Shown here: one piece after another, positions 11,048 through 21,764 of the stretch
Layout: every line of letters begins with the position of its first letter
Position numbering within the stretch: the stretch's first letter is position 1
From: an uncultured Alistipes sp.
GTDB taxonomy: Bacteria; Bacteroidota; Bacteroidia; Bacteroidales; Rikenellaceae
Assembly: GCF_910577475.1 (NCBI RefSeq)
Contig: NZ_CAJTLJ010000008.1
Strand: one strand, 5' to 3'
DNA length: 64,000 nucleotides
Translations under genes and position numbers: made by a program
The notes under the pieces: model-generated
The model's input: the letters and a program-made list of their open reading frames with translations, nothing else
Databases searched by the model: none
What the model was told of the DNA's origin: nothing

Positions 11048-12265
11048 TCAAAGCAGCGGCCGGGAGCGGTCGATCCACTGCGGAGCGGGCAGCGGGAGCC
11101 GGTCGGACGGCTGCGGACGGAGCACCCGCGTAGCGGCCCGGCGGCGGTTCGGAGCGTCGAAAGCCGCGAAAGTCTCGTAGTCGAACACCCACCCCTCGCC
11201 ATAGGCGAGCTTGTGGATGCGGCGGTAGATCGCCTCGCGGCTGACGGGGTTGAACCCGCCCGCGTCGTATTGCCGCATCAGGCTCCGATGCGAGGAGCGC
11301 CACACCCCGTAGGGATAACCGTCGCCCCCTTCGTAGTAGCCCAGGTCGGACTCCGCGTAGCGCGGATCGTCCAGATAGCGCGACCAGGCGCACTGCGTCC
11401 GGTCGCCCCGGTAATCGACGTTGCGACTGTAACCGTATTGCTGACGCCTGATCTGCGTCGTGCGCCTGTCATCGGGGATCGCCGTCGTATATCCGGGCTC
11501 GATATACTCGTCCGCCAGTTTGGCGAACCCGTGCCCCGCCGCTTCGTGGATTACCACGTAAATCCAATCCTCCACGTCGGCATAGGCACAGTATGCGATG
11601 GAGAATCCGCGGCCGTAGTCCCCTTCGAGCGGCGACGACGCGTCGGACAACGCCTTGGGCCCCCACATGTGGCAGGTACCCGCCCAGCGGACTTGGTTGA
11701 CGATCACCACGACCAGCAGCTCATCCAGCCGGCCGGTGCTGTTGCGCAGCGAGGGCACCCGCCGGGCATAGTCGAGCACGACGCCCACATTTCCCCGGAT
11801 GTCCCTCCCCTCGCCGAACGACACCCCGAGCGCCGTACTGTGCCTCTCCGACACCGCCTCGTGCCGCGACACGGCCTTTACGGCGAAGACGTTGAACAGG
11901 TGACGGAATGACCGGTAGGGCTCCTCGGAGAAGAAGGCGTCCGCCGCCTGCCGCATCTTTTGCATGTAGACCCCGTTCGCCACCAGGCGGTCGCTGAAGG
12001 CGTCGCCCATCAGCACGATATCGATGCCGCGCCCCTCGGTCGCCCGCTGGAGAAGGACCGCCTTGCCGTCCTCCGAAAAGTCGGAGGACTCGTAATCGGG
12101 ATCGAACGTCGTGTCGGGTATCGTGTCGGGATCGGGTTCGGGCTCCGGATCGGGGAATTCCACCGGCCTGACGGGAGCGGGCGCGGGAAGTTCGTCCTGC
12201 GAACAGCCCGTCGGCAGGACGAAAAGCGCAAGCGCCGCCGTCAGCGTTAACCATGTTCTTTTCAT
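11048..12265 (-). CDS. M64-family metallopeptidase lipoprotein
   Basis: Lipobox [44 protein letters not shown]. Confidence 0.85.
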   Translation of the reverse strand: MKRTWLTLTAALALFVLPTGCSQDELPAPAPVRPVEFPDPEPEPDPDTIPDTTFDPDYESSDFSEDGKAVLLQRATEGRGIDIVLMGDAFSDRLVANGVYMQKMRQAADAFFSEEPYRSFRHLFNVFAVKAVSRHEAVSERHSTALGVSFGEGRDIRGNVGVVLDYARRVPSLRNSTGRLDELLVVVIVNQVRWAGTCHMWGPKALSDASSPLEGDYGRGFSIAYCAYADVEDWIYVVIHEAAGHGFAKLADEYIEPGYTTAIPDDRRTTQIRRQQYGYSRNVDYRGDRTQCAWSRYLDDPRYAESDLGYYEGGDGYPYGVWRSSHRSLMRQYDAGGFNPVSREAIYRRIHKLAYGEGWVFDYETFAAFDAPNRRRAATRVLRPQPSDRLPLPAPQWIDRSRPLL

Positions 12266-12397
12266 AAGGCATTAGATTTGAGCGGTCAATATACGTTTTT
12301 CCGGACAAAAATCCAAAGATCGGCGCAGAAAAGGAGCGCTTTTCGCCAAAAACGGCTCTCTTTCCGAAATAGGCGTTGCCGTTTGTCGTTATTTTGT

Positions 12398-12405
12398 TAC
12401 TTTTG
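12398..12405 (+). promoter_or_regulatory. -7 promoter element
   Basis: TACTTTTG, 31 nt before ATG 12437. Confidence 0.6.
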
Positions 12406-12436
12406 CAGGTCAATCGGAAACAAACGAAACGCAAAT

Positions 12437-15400
12437 ATGGATTTCAAGAAATGGAACAACCGGGTCGGTTGGGCGGTGTTCGCCCTCTCGGCCGCAGTCT
12501 ATCTGGCGACGATGGAGCCCTCGTCGAGTCTCTGGGACTGCTCCGAATTCATCGCCACCTCCTACAAGCTGGAGGTGGGACACCCGCCCGGGGCGCCGCT
12601 CTTCATGCTGCTCTCGCGCCTGGCTACCATCCTGGCCCCCTCGACCCACTACGTGCCCCATGCGGTCAACGCCCTGAACTGTCTGGCCTCGGCCTTCTGC
12701 ATCCTGTTCCTCTTCTGGACGATCACCCACATGGGCCGCCGGCTCTACACCCGCGGCGAGCGCCAGCTCACCGTACCCGAGACATGGGCCGTGCTGGGTG
12801 CCGGCATCGTAGGGGCGCTGGCCTACACCTTCACTGACACCTTCTGGTTCTCGGCTGTCGAAGGCGAGGTCTACGCCCAGTCGTCGATGTTCACCGCTCT
12901 GGTCGTATGGCTCATGCTGAAGTGGGAGGAGCAGGCCGACGAACCCCACTCCCTGCGCTGGATCGTGCTGATCGCCTATCTGATGGGGCTGTCGATCGGC
13001 ATCCATATCCTCAACCTGCTTACCATCCCGGCCCTGGTGTTCATCTACTACTTCCGCCGCACGAAGCGGATCACCTGGCGGGGCATCTTCTACGCCTCGC
13101 TCGCATCGGGAGCCATCCTGCTCTTCATCAACGGATTCATCATCCCCTACACGGTCTACTTCGGCGCGATGGTCGACCTTTTCTTCGTCAACGTGCTGGG
13201 GCTGCCCGTCAACCTGGGCATGGTGCTCTTCTGCCTGGCTCTGTTCGGGGCGCTGGGCTGGAGCGTGTGGTACACCCACCGGCGCGGACTGGCGACCGCC
13301 AACATCCTGCTGCTCTGCACGACGCTGATTCTGGTCGGCTACTCCTCCTACGCATCGGTGACTATCCGGGCCGCCGCGAACCCGCCCATGAACAGCAACA
13401 ACCCGAGCAATCCGCACGCCCTGCTGAGCCTGCTCAACCGCGACCAGTACGGCCAGCGTCCGCTGCTCTACGGCGCCTATTACTCGGCACCCGCCACCGA
13501 CTACAACACCAAGACGGTCTACTATCTGGACGAGGACGGCAAGTACAAGCCGGCCGAGGTCATCACCTCGACGCTCCACGACCCGCAGTTCATGCACCTC
13601 TTCCCCCGCATGTGGGACAGCCGCTATTCGGACCGCGACTACAAGCCCTGGGCGGCCTACCGCGTCAAGGAGCAGCCGGTACGCAACGAGCAGGGCGAGG
13701 TCGAGCGCGACGCGCAGGGACGCCCCCGCTACGAGACCGTGCTCGACTACGGCCGCACGGTGCGCTACAACGACGGCGAGCAGAACCGCAGCGTCACCGA
13801 GCCCACGTTCCTGGAGAACCTGAACTTTTTCCTCAACTACCAGCTCAACTACATGTACTGGCGCTACTTCCTGTGGAATTTCGTAGGCCGCCAGAGCGAC
13901 ATACAGGCCCTGCACGAGACCATTCTCGACGGTAACTGGCGCTCGGGATTCGACAAGCTCGACGCCCTCTACATCGGCCCGCAGAGCGAGGAGGTGCTGC
14001 CCCGCGAGATCGCCGAAAACCGGGGCCGGAACGCCTACTACTTCCTCCCCTTCCTGCTGGGGCTGATCGGCCTGATCTATCAGCTGAACCGCGACCAGCG
14101 CAACTTCGCCGTCACGATGTGGCTCTTCGTCATGATGGGCATCGCGCTGGTGGTCTATTTCAACACCTCGCCCAACGAACCCCGCGAGCGCGACTACGTA
14201 TACGCCGGATCGTTCTACGCCTTCTCGATCTGGATCGGTCTGGGCACGATGGCCCTGCGCGACGCACTGGCCCGGCTCGCCCGCCGCGACAACCGCACCG
14301 TGGCGCTGGCCGCCACCCTCGTCTCCCTCAGCGTTCCGGCCATTCTCTGCGCCGAGAACTGGGACGACCACGACCGCTCGGGCCGCACGATGGCCCGCGA
14401 TATCGGCTGGAACTACCTCCAGTCCACGCTGCCGAACTCCATCATCCTGAACTACGGCGACAACGACACCTTCCCTCTCTGGTTCAATCAGGAGGTGGAC
14501 GGCGTACGTCCCGACGTGCGGATCATGAACACCAGCTATCTGGGCGGCGAGTGGTACATCGACGAGATGAAGCTCAAGGCCAACGACGCCGACGGCGTGC
14601 CCTTCTCGCTGCCGCGCCGCAAGTACACCTATGCCAACGACATCGTGCTGGTCGACCCGCTGATCGACCGTCCGCTGGAGCTCAAGGAGGCCATGCGCTT
14701 CATCCTCAACGACGATCCCCGCACGCAGGTGCCCCTGATCGACGGCACCTCGACCGATTTCCTCCCGGCCAAGCTCTTCGCCCTGCCGGTCGACAAGGAG
14801 AACGCCCTGAAGTCGGGCATCGTGAAGCCCGAAGATGCCGACCTAATGGTCGACACGGTCTATTTCCAGATCAACAAACGGTCGATCAACAAGAGCGAGC
14901 TGATGCTGCTCGACCTGCTGGCCCACTTCGACTGGAAACGACCGATCTACTTCACCCAGCCCTACATCCTGCAGGGACTGAGCTCGAAACAGCGCGCGGC
15001 CGACGGCTCCTCGACCCCCTCGCTGATGGACTACCTCCAGTTCGACGGCTACGGCTACCGCTTCGTGCCGATCCTGACCCCGTATGAAAGCGCATGGGAG
15101 ATCGGCCGCATAGACCCCGACTACGTATATCCGCTTCTCATGGATACCTTCCGCTACGGCAATCTGTCCGACCCGAAGGTCTACGTGGACAACTTCATCC
15201 AGTACAACCTCTCCGCATCGCGCACCCGCGAAAGTTTCGCCCGCGCGGCGAAGGCGTTCCTGCTGCGCAACGACAAGGAGAAGGCGCTCGAACTGCTGGA
15301 CGAGGGGTTGAAGCGTCTGCCCACCTCGAAGATCCGCTTCACGGAGGCCAACACCTACCCCTTCATCGAGGCCTACTACGCCATGGGCGAAAACGAAAAG

Positions 15401-15682
15401 GGCGACGCCCTCACGCGCGAATACGCCCAGAACCTGATGGAGTACATCGACTACTACCTGGGCTTCGAAGGGGTGCAGGGCAAGCTGGTCGAAAACGTGC
15501 TGATCGAGAAGCTGGAGTCGCTGGAGATGATCTACAAGCTGGTGGCCTATGCCGACCGCCGGGAGCTGGGCCGCGACCTGAACGAGTACTACCGCTCGCT
15601 GGGCTACTACGACGAGGAGCTCTACGACTTCGGCGACAAGGGCGATTCGCTCCTGCTGCCCGACACCGCTTCGGTCGAATAG
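12437..15682 (+). CDS. DUF2723 / TMEM260-like multipass membrane glycosyltransferase
   Basis: WDCSEFI, HPPGAP, AVEGEVY, EPRERDY, GDNDTFPLW motifs and many transmembrane segments. Confidence 0.9.
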   Translation: MDFKKWNNRVGWAVFALSAAVYLATMEPSSSLWDCSEFIATSYKLEVGHPPGAPLFMLLSRLATILAPSTHYVPHAVNALNCLASAFCILFLFWTITHMGRRLYTRGERQLTVPETWAVLGAGIVGALAYTFTDTFWFSAVEGEVYAQSSMFTALVVWLMLKWEEQADEPHSLRWIVLIAYLMGLSIGIHILNLLTIPALVFIYYFRRTKRITWRGIFYASLASGAILLFINGFIIPYTVYFGAMVDLFFVNVLGLPVNLGMVLFCLALFGALGWSVWYTHRRGLATANILLLCTTLILVGYSSYASVTIRAAANPPMNSNNPSNPHALLSLLNRDQYGQRPLLYGAYYSAPATDYNTKTVYYLDEDGKYKPAEVITSTLHDPQFMHLFPRMWDSRYSDRDYKPWAAYRVKEQPVRNEQGEVERDAQGRPRYETVLDYGRTVRYNDGEQNRSVTEPTFLENLNFFLNYQLNYMYWRYFLWNFVGRQSDIQALHETILDGNWRSGFDKLDALYIGPQSEEVLPREIAENRGRNAYYFLPFLLGLIGLIYQLNRDQRNFAVTMWLFVMMGIALVVYFNTSPNEPRERDYVYAGSFYAFSIWIGLGTMALRDALARLARRDNRTVALAATLVSLSVPAILCAENWDDHDRSGRTMARDIGWNYLQSTLPNSIILNYGDNDTFPLWFNQEVDGVRPDVRIMNTSYLGGEWYIDEMKLKANDADGVPFSLPRRKYTYANDIVLVDPLIDRPLELKEAMRFILNDDPRTQVPLIDGTSTDFLPAKLFALPVDKENALKSGIVKPEDADLMVDTVYFQINKRSINKSELMLLDLLAHFDWKRPIYFTQPYILQGLSSKQRAADGSSTPSLMDYLQFDGYGYRFVPILTPYESAWEIGRIDPDYVYPLLMDTFRYGNLSDPKVYVDNFIQYNLSASRTRESFARAAKAFLLRNDKEKALELLDEGLKRLPTSKIRFTEANTYPFIEAYYAMGENEKGDALTREYAQNLMEYIDYYLGFEGVQGKLVENVLIEKLESLEMIYKLVAYADRRELGRDLNEYYRSLGYYDEELYDFGDKGDSLLLPDTASVE

Positions 15683-15698
15683 CCTTTCTCCCCGATAC

Positions 15699-15735
15699 CG
15701 AAGCCCCGGAATGTATGAAACATTCCGGGGCTTCG
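15699..15735. terminator. Strong hairpin, probable terminator between convergent genes
   Basis: CGAAGCCCCGGAATGT/ACATTCCGGGGCTTCG perfect 16-bp stem. Confidence 0.7.
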
Positions 15736-15742
15736 ATCTATT

Positions 15743-15879
15743 CGTCACCTTGAGCGGAGGGGTTTTGCCACGAAGTCGAAAGGTCTCTACTTACCGGGGC
15801 ATTCACCCTTGCTGGTCGTACGGGTTCATGCTGATACGACCGTCGAGATTCTTCGATTTCGGCTCAGCTCGGAATGACA
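15743..15879. repeat. REP/REPIN-like element, copy 3 (complete)
   Basis: GTCACCTTGAGC..CGAAAGGTCTC, conserved spacer, GAGATTCTTCG..GCTCGGAATGACA. Confidence 0.8.
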
Positions 15880-15901
15880 AGATGAATAGGGAAGGAGATT
15901 G

Positions 15902-17188
15902 TCAATCCTCCAGCCAGCGGCGCAGGGTTTCGACGGCATCGTCGCGCAGCGAGTCGGGGAGCGTGGCGATTCGGGTGCGGTGGCTGCCGCCAGGCTGCAC
16001 GTAGACCTTCATGTTCTCCTTTTTCAGATCGGCCACCCACCCCGCACCGGGAGCGGTCCAGGGATCGGTGCCTCCGTAGACGAGCAGCATCTTCGGATCG
16101 TTGCGACGGAGATATTTCGTCATCTTGCGGCAGAGCGTCCTGTCGAACTTCACCCGGCGCAACTCCTCGGGAATGAAGATGCGGCGCAGGTAGTCGCGGG
16201 TCGTCTTCAGAGTCAGCAGCCCCCGGAAAGGCTTCGGATCATAGGGATAGTAGCCGAGCTCTTTGGCCGCCTGCACGAAGAACGAGGCGTTGGCGCCCTC
16301 CTCGGCGAAGTAGTCGGGACCCGCGCAGGAGAACCAGTAGTCCATCACGTCGCCGGCCGGCGCATCGGAGGCGGGGATGGTCTCGATGCCCGGTCCCCAC
16401 TGCCAGAAGGCGAACGAGAACTCCAGCACGCAATAGTCGTAAATCTCCTCTATCGGCAGGCGGAACTTCAGGTTCTGCTCGCGGCAGAAGGCCTCGAAGA
16501 GGGGTGCCAGCTCCGCACGGCGTTCGAGCAGCGTCCGCTGGAAAGCCTCTACGGCCGCCCGGTCTTCGGGCGTGGAGATCCGGGCGAAGAAGGGGGCGAA
16601 GCGCTTGTCCTCGCGCGAGGTGCAGACCGGACCGACATAGGGGACGTAAATATCCACATCGCCGGGATAGAAGGTGGCGTAGAGCATGGTCGTCGTGCCA
16701 CCCTTGCTGATGCCCGAGGCGAGCCACTTGCCGGGATAGAGCGAATCGAAGAGGCGGCGGATGGCATGCAGGTCGTCGGCCGAGTTGCGGGCCGTGAGAT
16801 ACTGCCAGTCGCAGGGCTCGGGCATCGACCTATCGAAATAGCGGTGCTCGACGAAGACCATGTTCATGTCGAACAGCCGCGAGATCTCCTCGCGGTAGTT
16901 CTCGCGCAGGGCGAACCCGGCGCCGTAGCCCTGCGTGATGAGCATCGTGGGACGGTCGCAGCCCGCGTGCATCACAATCACCCGCTGTAGGAACGAACCC
17001 GCTCCGGGATCGCGCAAGTCGAGCGGCTGCCGCAGCATCACCTCGTACTTGGCCTCGAACTCGCCGGACGGGAGCGGCTTCACCTCCTCGACCCCGGCCA
17101 GCGCGGTCAGACGCTCTTCGACGGATTGCGCCGATACGCCCGACACGACGAGCGCCAGCATCCACAACAGTAAAAATCCTCTTTTCAT
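15902..17188 (-). CDS. Secreted S28/S37-type serine aminopeptidase
   Basis: Signal peptide; VEHRYF, ADDLH, nucleophile motif GISKGG, DPW, SH. Confidence 0.85.
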   Translation of the reverse strand: MKRGFLLLWMLALVVSGVSAQSVEERLTALAGVEEVKPLPSGEFEAKYEVMLRQPLDLRDPGAGSFLQRVIVMHAGCDRPTMLITQGYGAGFALRENYREEISRLFDMNMVFVEHRYFDRSMPEPCDWQYLTARNSADDLHAIRRLFDSLYPGKWLASGISKGGTTTMLYATFYPGDVDIYVPYVGPVCTSREDKRFAPFFARISTPEDRAAVEAFQRTLLERRAELAPLFEAFCREQNLKFRLPIEEIYDYCVLEFSFAFWQWGPGIETIPASDAPAGDVMDYWFSCAGPDYFAEEGANASFFVQAAKELGYYPYDPKPFRGLLTLKTTRDYLRRIFIPEELRRVKFDRTLCRKMTKYLRRNDPKMLLVYGGTDPWTAPGAGWVADLKKENMKVYVQPGGSHRTRIATLPDSLRDDAVETLRRWLED

Positions 17189-17304
17189 ACGTTCGGTATT
17201 GGTAATTTGCCATAAAGATAGAAAATTCTTGCGGGATATCCTACCTCCGGGGGCTTTTTCCGGCGGTTTCGGGCTGTCGATTTTCTTTTCTCGATATATA
17301 TATG

Positions 17305-17312
17305 TATCTTTG
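17305..17312 (+). promoter_or_regulatory. -7 promoter element of the glutaminyl cyclase-metH operon
   Basis: TATCTTTG, 23 nt before ATG 17336. Confidence 0.6.
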
Positions 17313-17335
17313 TAGGAATATTTTCATTACGAAAC

Positions 17336-18130
17336 ATGCGAAAATTCTTCACTCTGATTCTGGCCGGCATCGCGGCCGTCGCCTGCGGCAACCGGACGCA
17401 GCGCCCAGCAGCCGCCCAGCCGACAATCGTCGAACCCCGCTACTACGGCTACACGGTCCGGCAAAGCTATCCCCACTCGACGGAGAGCTACACCCAGGGG
17501 TTGCAGTTCGTCGACGGCAAACTGCTCGAAGGAACCGGGCAGAACGGCAAGTCGGTGCTGCAGGAGACCGACCTCGCCACGGGCCGCACCCGCATCATCG
17601 CCCGGCTGAAGCCGAGCGAGTTCGGCGAGGGGATCACCCGGCTGAACGGGGAGATCTTCCAGCTCACCTGGACCTCGAACACCGTCCACATCTACGACGC
17701 CGCCACGGGCCGCGAGACCCGTTCGGCCCGCTACGCCGGCGAAGGCTGGGGACTGACCACCGACGGCGAAAAGCTCTACATGAGCAACGGATCGGCCACG
17801 ATCTACCGGATCGACCCCGCCACCTTCCGCCGCGAGGGGAGCGTGACGGTGACCTGCAAGGGCGAACCCCTGGAGTTGCTGAACGAGTTGGAGTGGATCG
17901 ACGGAAAGATCTGGGCCAACATCTACACGACCGACTGGATCGCCGTCATCGACCCTGCGACCGGCGTGGTGGAGGGGCTCGTCGACCTGCGCGGCCTGCT
18001 GCCCGAAGAGGAGCGCACGCCCGAGACCGACGTACTGAACGGCATCGCCTGGGACGCCGCTACGGGGCGGATCTTCGTGACGGGCAAGAACTGGAGCCGA
18101 ATTTTCGAAATAGAGATCAACGAAAGATAA
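17336..18130 (+). CDS. Glutaminyl-peptide cyclotransferase (lipoprotein)
   Basis: YPH..YTQGL, FGEGIT, EGWGLT, LNELE, VLNGIAW, VTGKNW. Confidence 0.93.
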   Translation: MRKFFTLILAGIAAVACGNRTQRPAAAQPTIVEPRYYGYTVRQSYPHSTESYTQGLQFVDGKLLEGTGQNGKSVLQETDLATGRTRIIARLKPSEFGEGITRLNGEIFQLTWTSNTVHIYDAATGRETRSARYAGEGWGLTTDGEKLYMSNGSATIYRIDPATFRREGSVTVTCKGEPLELLNELEWIDGKIWANIYTTDWIAVIDPATGVVEGLVDLRGLLPEEERTPETDVLNGIAWDAATGRIFVTGKNWSRIFEIEINER

Positions 18131-21100
18131 GTGGAAACGAAAAACATCTACAAGGAGCTGGAGCAGCGCATCCTGCTGCTGGACGGCGGCCTGGGCACCA
18201 TGATTCAACGATACGGCCTCGGGGAGGAGGACTACCGCGGCGAGCGGTTCGCCGGATGGGCGGGCCGCCTGAAGGGGTGCAACGACCTGCTGGCCCTGAC
18301 CCGTCCGGAGGTGATCCGCGAGATTCACGAAAAATACCTCACGGCCGGAGCCGATATCGTGACGACCGATTCGTTCAACGCCAACGCCGTGTCGCTTAAG
18401 GATTACGGACTGGAGGAGTACGCCCGCGAAATGTCGTGCGCCGCCGCCCGCATCGCCCGCGAGGCGGCCGACCGGTTCACGGCGCGCAATCCGCAGAAGC
18501 CTCGCTTCGTGGCCGGATCGATGGGCCCCACGAACCGCACGGCCTCGATGTCGGCCGACGTATCGAACCCCGCGGCCCGCGAGGTGACCTTCGAAGAGCT
18601 GGTCGAGGCCTACGACGCCCAGGCCCGCGGCCTGCTGGAGGGCGGAGCCGACCTGCTGCTCGTGGAGACCGTCTTCGACACGCTCAACGCCAAAGCCGCT
18701 CTCTACGCCATCGACCGGCTGGCCGAAGAGCGGGGACACCGGATCCCGACGATGCTCTCGGGGACGCTGGCCGACGCCGGCCGCACCCTCTCGGGGCAGA
18801 CCGTGGAGGCCTTCTACACCTCCGTATCGCATGCCGACCTGCTTTCGGTCGGCTTCAACTGCGCATTCGGCGCCAAACAGCTCCTGCCCCATCTGGAGCG
18901 GCTGGCCTCGATCGCCGACACGCGCATCTCGGCCCACCCCAACGCCGGTCTGCCCAACGTGATGGGCGGATACGACGAGACCCCGCAGATGTTCGCCGAC
19001 GACGTGGAGGAGTATCTGCGCCGGGGTCTGCTGAATATCGTGGGCGGATGCTGCGGCACCACCCCCGAACACATTTTCGAACTGGGAAAGATCGTCGGGC
19101 GCTACGCCCCGCGCCCGCTGCCTGAACGGCACCGGGCGACGATGCTGAGCGGACTGGAGCCGCTGGCGGTCGTTCCCGAAGCCAACTTCGTGAACGTGGG
19201 CGAGCGGACCAACGTGGCCGGCTCGGCCAAGTTCGCCCGCCTGATCCGCGAGGAGCGCTACGAAGAGGCGTTGTCGGTGGCCCGCGCCCAGGTGGAGGCC
19301 GGAGCCCAGATCATCGACGTCTGCATGGACGACGGACTGATCGACGGGCCCCGCGCGATGCGGCAGTTTCTGAACCTGCTCGCCTCCGAACCCGAAATCG
19401 CCCGGGTGCCGGTGATGATCGACTCCTCGAAGTGGGAGGTGCTGGCCGAAGGGCTGCGGGCCGTGCAGGGCAAGAGCGTGGTGAACTCCCTTTCGCTCAA
19501 GGAGGGCGAGGAGAAGTTCCTGGCCCGCATCCGCGAGGTGCACCGCTGCGGGGCCGCCGTCGTGGTGATGCTCTTCGACGAGCAGGGGCAGGCCGACACC
19601 TACGCCCGCAAGATCGCCGTCGCGGAGCGTGCCTACCGGCTGCTGACCGAGAACGGATTTCCGGCCGAGGACATCGTATTCGATCCCAACGTGCTGGCCG
19701 TCGCCACGGGCATCGAGGCGCACGACCGCTACGCACTGGACTTCATCGAGGCGACCCGCTGGATCAAGGAGCACTGCCCGGGCGCGAAGGTCTCGGGCGG
19801 CGTGAGCAACCTCTCGTTCGCCTTCCGGGGCAACAACGCCGTGCGCGAGGCGATGCACTCGGCCTTCCTCTATCACGCCGTCGCGGCCGGGATGGACATG
19901 GGCATCGTCAATCCGCAACTGCTGCAGATCTACGACACCATCGAACCCGGCCTGCTGGAACGGGTGGAGGATGTCATTCTGTGCCGCCGGCCCGACGCTG
20001 CGGAACGCCTTTCGGAGTATGCCCAGCAGATCCGCGAAACGGCCGGCGAACGGCCCGCCGCGGTGACGGAGAGCTGGCGCGAAGGGACGCCCGAGGAGCG
20101 GATCGGCCACGCGATGGTGAAGGGCATTTCGGACTACATCGAGGAGGACGCTCTGGAGGCTTATCGCGAAACGGGGTCGCCGATGGCGGTGATCGACCGG
20201 ATGCTGATGCCCGCCATGGAGCGCGTGGGCGAGCTGTTCGGGGCCGGAAAGATGTTCCTGCCCCAGGTAGTCAAGACCGCCCGCGTGATGAAACGCGCCG
20301 TCGCGGCGCTGACCCCCTACATCGGGCAGGAGACCCGGCAGGAGAAGAGCTCCGCCGGAAAGGTGCTGCTGGCTACCGTGAAGGGCGACGTGCACGATAT
20401 CGGCAAGAATATCGTCGGGGTGGTGATGGCCTGCAACGGCTACCGGATCGAAGACCTCGGCGTAATGGTCGACCCGCAGCGCATCGCGGACGAAGCGATC
20501 GAAAAGCGGGTGGACGCCATCGGATTGAGCGGCCTGATCACCCCCTCGCTCGAGGAGATGATCCACGTCTGCGAGGAGCTGGAGCGGCGCGGCGCACGGA
20601 TTCCCGTGGTGATCGGCGGCGCCACCACCTCGGAGCTGCATACGGCCGTAAAGATCGCCCCGGTCTACTCGGGGCCCGTCGTCCACGCCGCCAATGCCGG
20701 CGACAACTGCAGGATCCTGGCCGGACTGCTGGGCCCGAACAGCGAGAGCTACGTCCGCACGCTGCGCGAGCGGCAGGAGGAGCTGCGCCGCGAATACGAA
20801 CGGCAGACGCAGCAGCGCAGTCTGGTGCCGATCGTCGAGGCCCGCAAGGAGCGTCGGGCCAAGCCGGCGAGCGAGATCGCCGTTCCGCTCCACACGGGAC
20901 GGGTCGTCTTCTCGGAGTTCGAAATCGCGGCCGTCGAACCGCTGATCGACTGGAACTTCTTCTTCCCGGCCTGGGGCATCAAGGGGCGCTATCCCGAAGT
21001 ACTGGACCACCCCGAACGCGGCGGAGAGGCCCGCAAGCTCTTCGACGACGCCCGATCGCTGCTCGAACGGATCCGCGAGGAGAAACTGCTGACCCTGCAA

Positions 21101-21760
21101 GGCGTGGCGGGCATTTTCCCCGCCGTGAGCCACAAGGACGACCTGATCGTAACCGACCCGAAGGGAAAAGAACACCTGCTGCCCATGCTACGCAACCAGA
21201 CTGCGGGCGAGGAGCACCTCTGCCTCTCGGACTTCATCGCCGACCGGAAAGAGGGGGTCACCGACTACGTGGGCTGCTTCGCCCTGACGGCCGGCGTGGG
21301 TCTCGACGAACTCGTCGAGCGCTTCAAGGCCGACGGCGACGACTACAACGCCATCATGGCGAAGCTGCTGGCCGACCGGCTGACCGAGGCCTTCGCCGAG
21401 ACGGTGCACCGCTTCGTGCGGCACGAGATGTGGGGATACGCCCCCGACGAAAAGCTCACGCCGCAGGAGATCATCCGGGGCGGCTACCGGGGGCTGCGGA
21501 TGGCGTTCGGCTACCCCGCCACGCCCGACCATGCCCTCAAGCGCGACCTCTTCGATCTGCTGCACGTCGAGCAGTTCACCCGGATGCGGCTGACCGACAA
21601 CAACATGATATCGCCCGGAGAGGCGCTGTGCGGACTGATGCTCTCCGACGGCAACTACTTCTCGGTGGGCCGCATCGACACGAAACAGCTGCTGGACTAC
21701 GCCGCACGGCGCCGCACGACGCCCGACGAGATCCGCCGCCTGCTGCCCAACAACGCATAG
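18131..21760 (+). CDS. metH: Cobalamin-dependent methionine synthase
   Basis: LDGGLGTMIQ, GGCCGTTP, VGERTNVAGS, cobalamin-binding GDVHDIGKN, SGLITPSL. Confidence 0.98.
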   Translation: METKNIYKELEQRILLLDGGLGTMIQRYGLGEEDYRGERFAGWAGRLKGCNDLLALTRPEVIREIHEKYLTAGADIVTTDSFNANAVSLKDYGLEEYAREMSCAAARIAREAADRFTARNPQKPRFVAGSMGPTNRTASMSADVSNPAAREVTFEELVEAYDAQARGLLEGGADLLLVETVFDTLNAKAALYAIDRLAEERGHRIPTMLSGTLADAGRTLSGQTVEAFYTSVSHADLLSVGFNCAFGAKQLLPHLERLASIADTRISAHPNAGLPNVMGGYDETPQMFADDVEEYLRRGLLNIVGGCCGTTPEHIFELGKIVGRYAPRPLPERHRATMLSGLEPLAVVPEANFVNVGERTNVAGSAKFARLIREERYEEALSVARAQVEAGAQIIDVCMDDGLIDGPRAMRQFLNLLASEPEIARVPVMIDSSKWEVLAEGLRAVQGKSVVNSLSLKEGEEKFLARIREVHRCGAAVVVMLFDEQGQADTYARKIAVAERAYRLLTENGFPAEDIVFDPNVLAVATGIEAHDRYALDFIEATRWIKEHCPGAKVSGGVSNLSFAFRGNNAVREAMHSAFLYHAVAAGMDMGIVNPQLLQIYDTIEPGLLERVEDVILCRRPDAAERLSEYAQQIRETAGERPAAVTESWREGTPEERIGHAMVKGISDYIEEDALEAYRETGSPMAVIDRMLMPAMERVGELFGAGKMFLPQVVKTARVMKRAVAALTPYIGQETRQEKSSAGKVLLATVKGDVHDIGKNIVGVVMACNGYRIEDLGVMVDPQRIADEAIEKRVDAIGLSGLITPSLEEMIHVCEELERRGARIPVVIGGATTSELHTAVKIAPVYSGPVVHAANAGDNCRILAGLLGPNSESYVRTLRERQEELRREYERQTQQRSLVPIVEARKERRAKPASEIAVPLHTGRVVFSEFEIAAVEPLIDWNFFFPAWGIKGRYPEVLDHPERGGEARKLFDDARSLLERIREEKLLTLQGVAGIFPAVSHKDDLIVTDPKGKEHLLPMLRNQTAGEEHLCLSDFIADRKEGVTDYVGCFALTAGVGLDELVERFKADGDDYNAIMAKLLADRLTEAFAETVHRFVRHEMWGYAPDEKLTPQEIIRGGYRGLRMAFGYPATPDHALKRDLFDLLHVEQFTRMRLTDNNMISPGEALCGLMLSDGNYFSVGRIDTKQLLDYAARRRTTPDEIRRLLPNNA

Positions 21761-21764
21761 CGCC

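Noticed and set aside
12100..12190. [14 protein letters not shown] repeats (also PVDPVDPV near 6940)
   Set aside because: Ordinary in-frame Pro/acidic lipoprotein linkers.
17327..21175. Very long antisense and alternative-frame ORFs (e.g. 1282 aa opposite metH; others opposite rnr, the V-ATPase genes and DUF2723)
   Set aside because: These are shadows of high-GC3 codon usage over clearly recognisable genes and show no motifs of their own.
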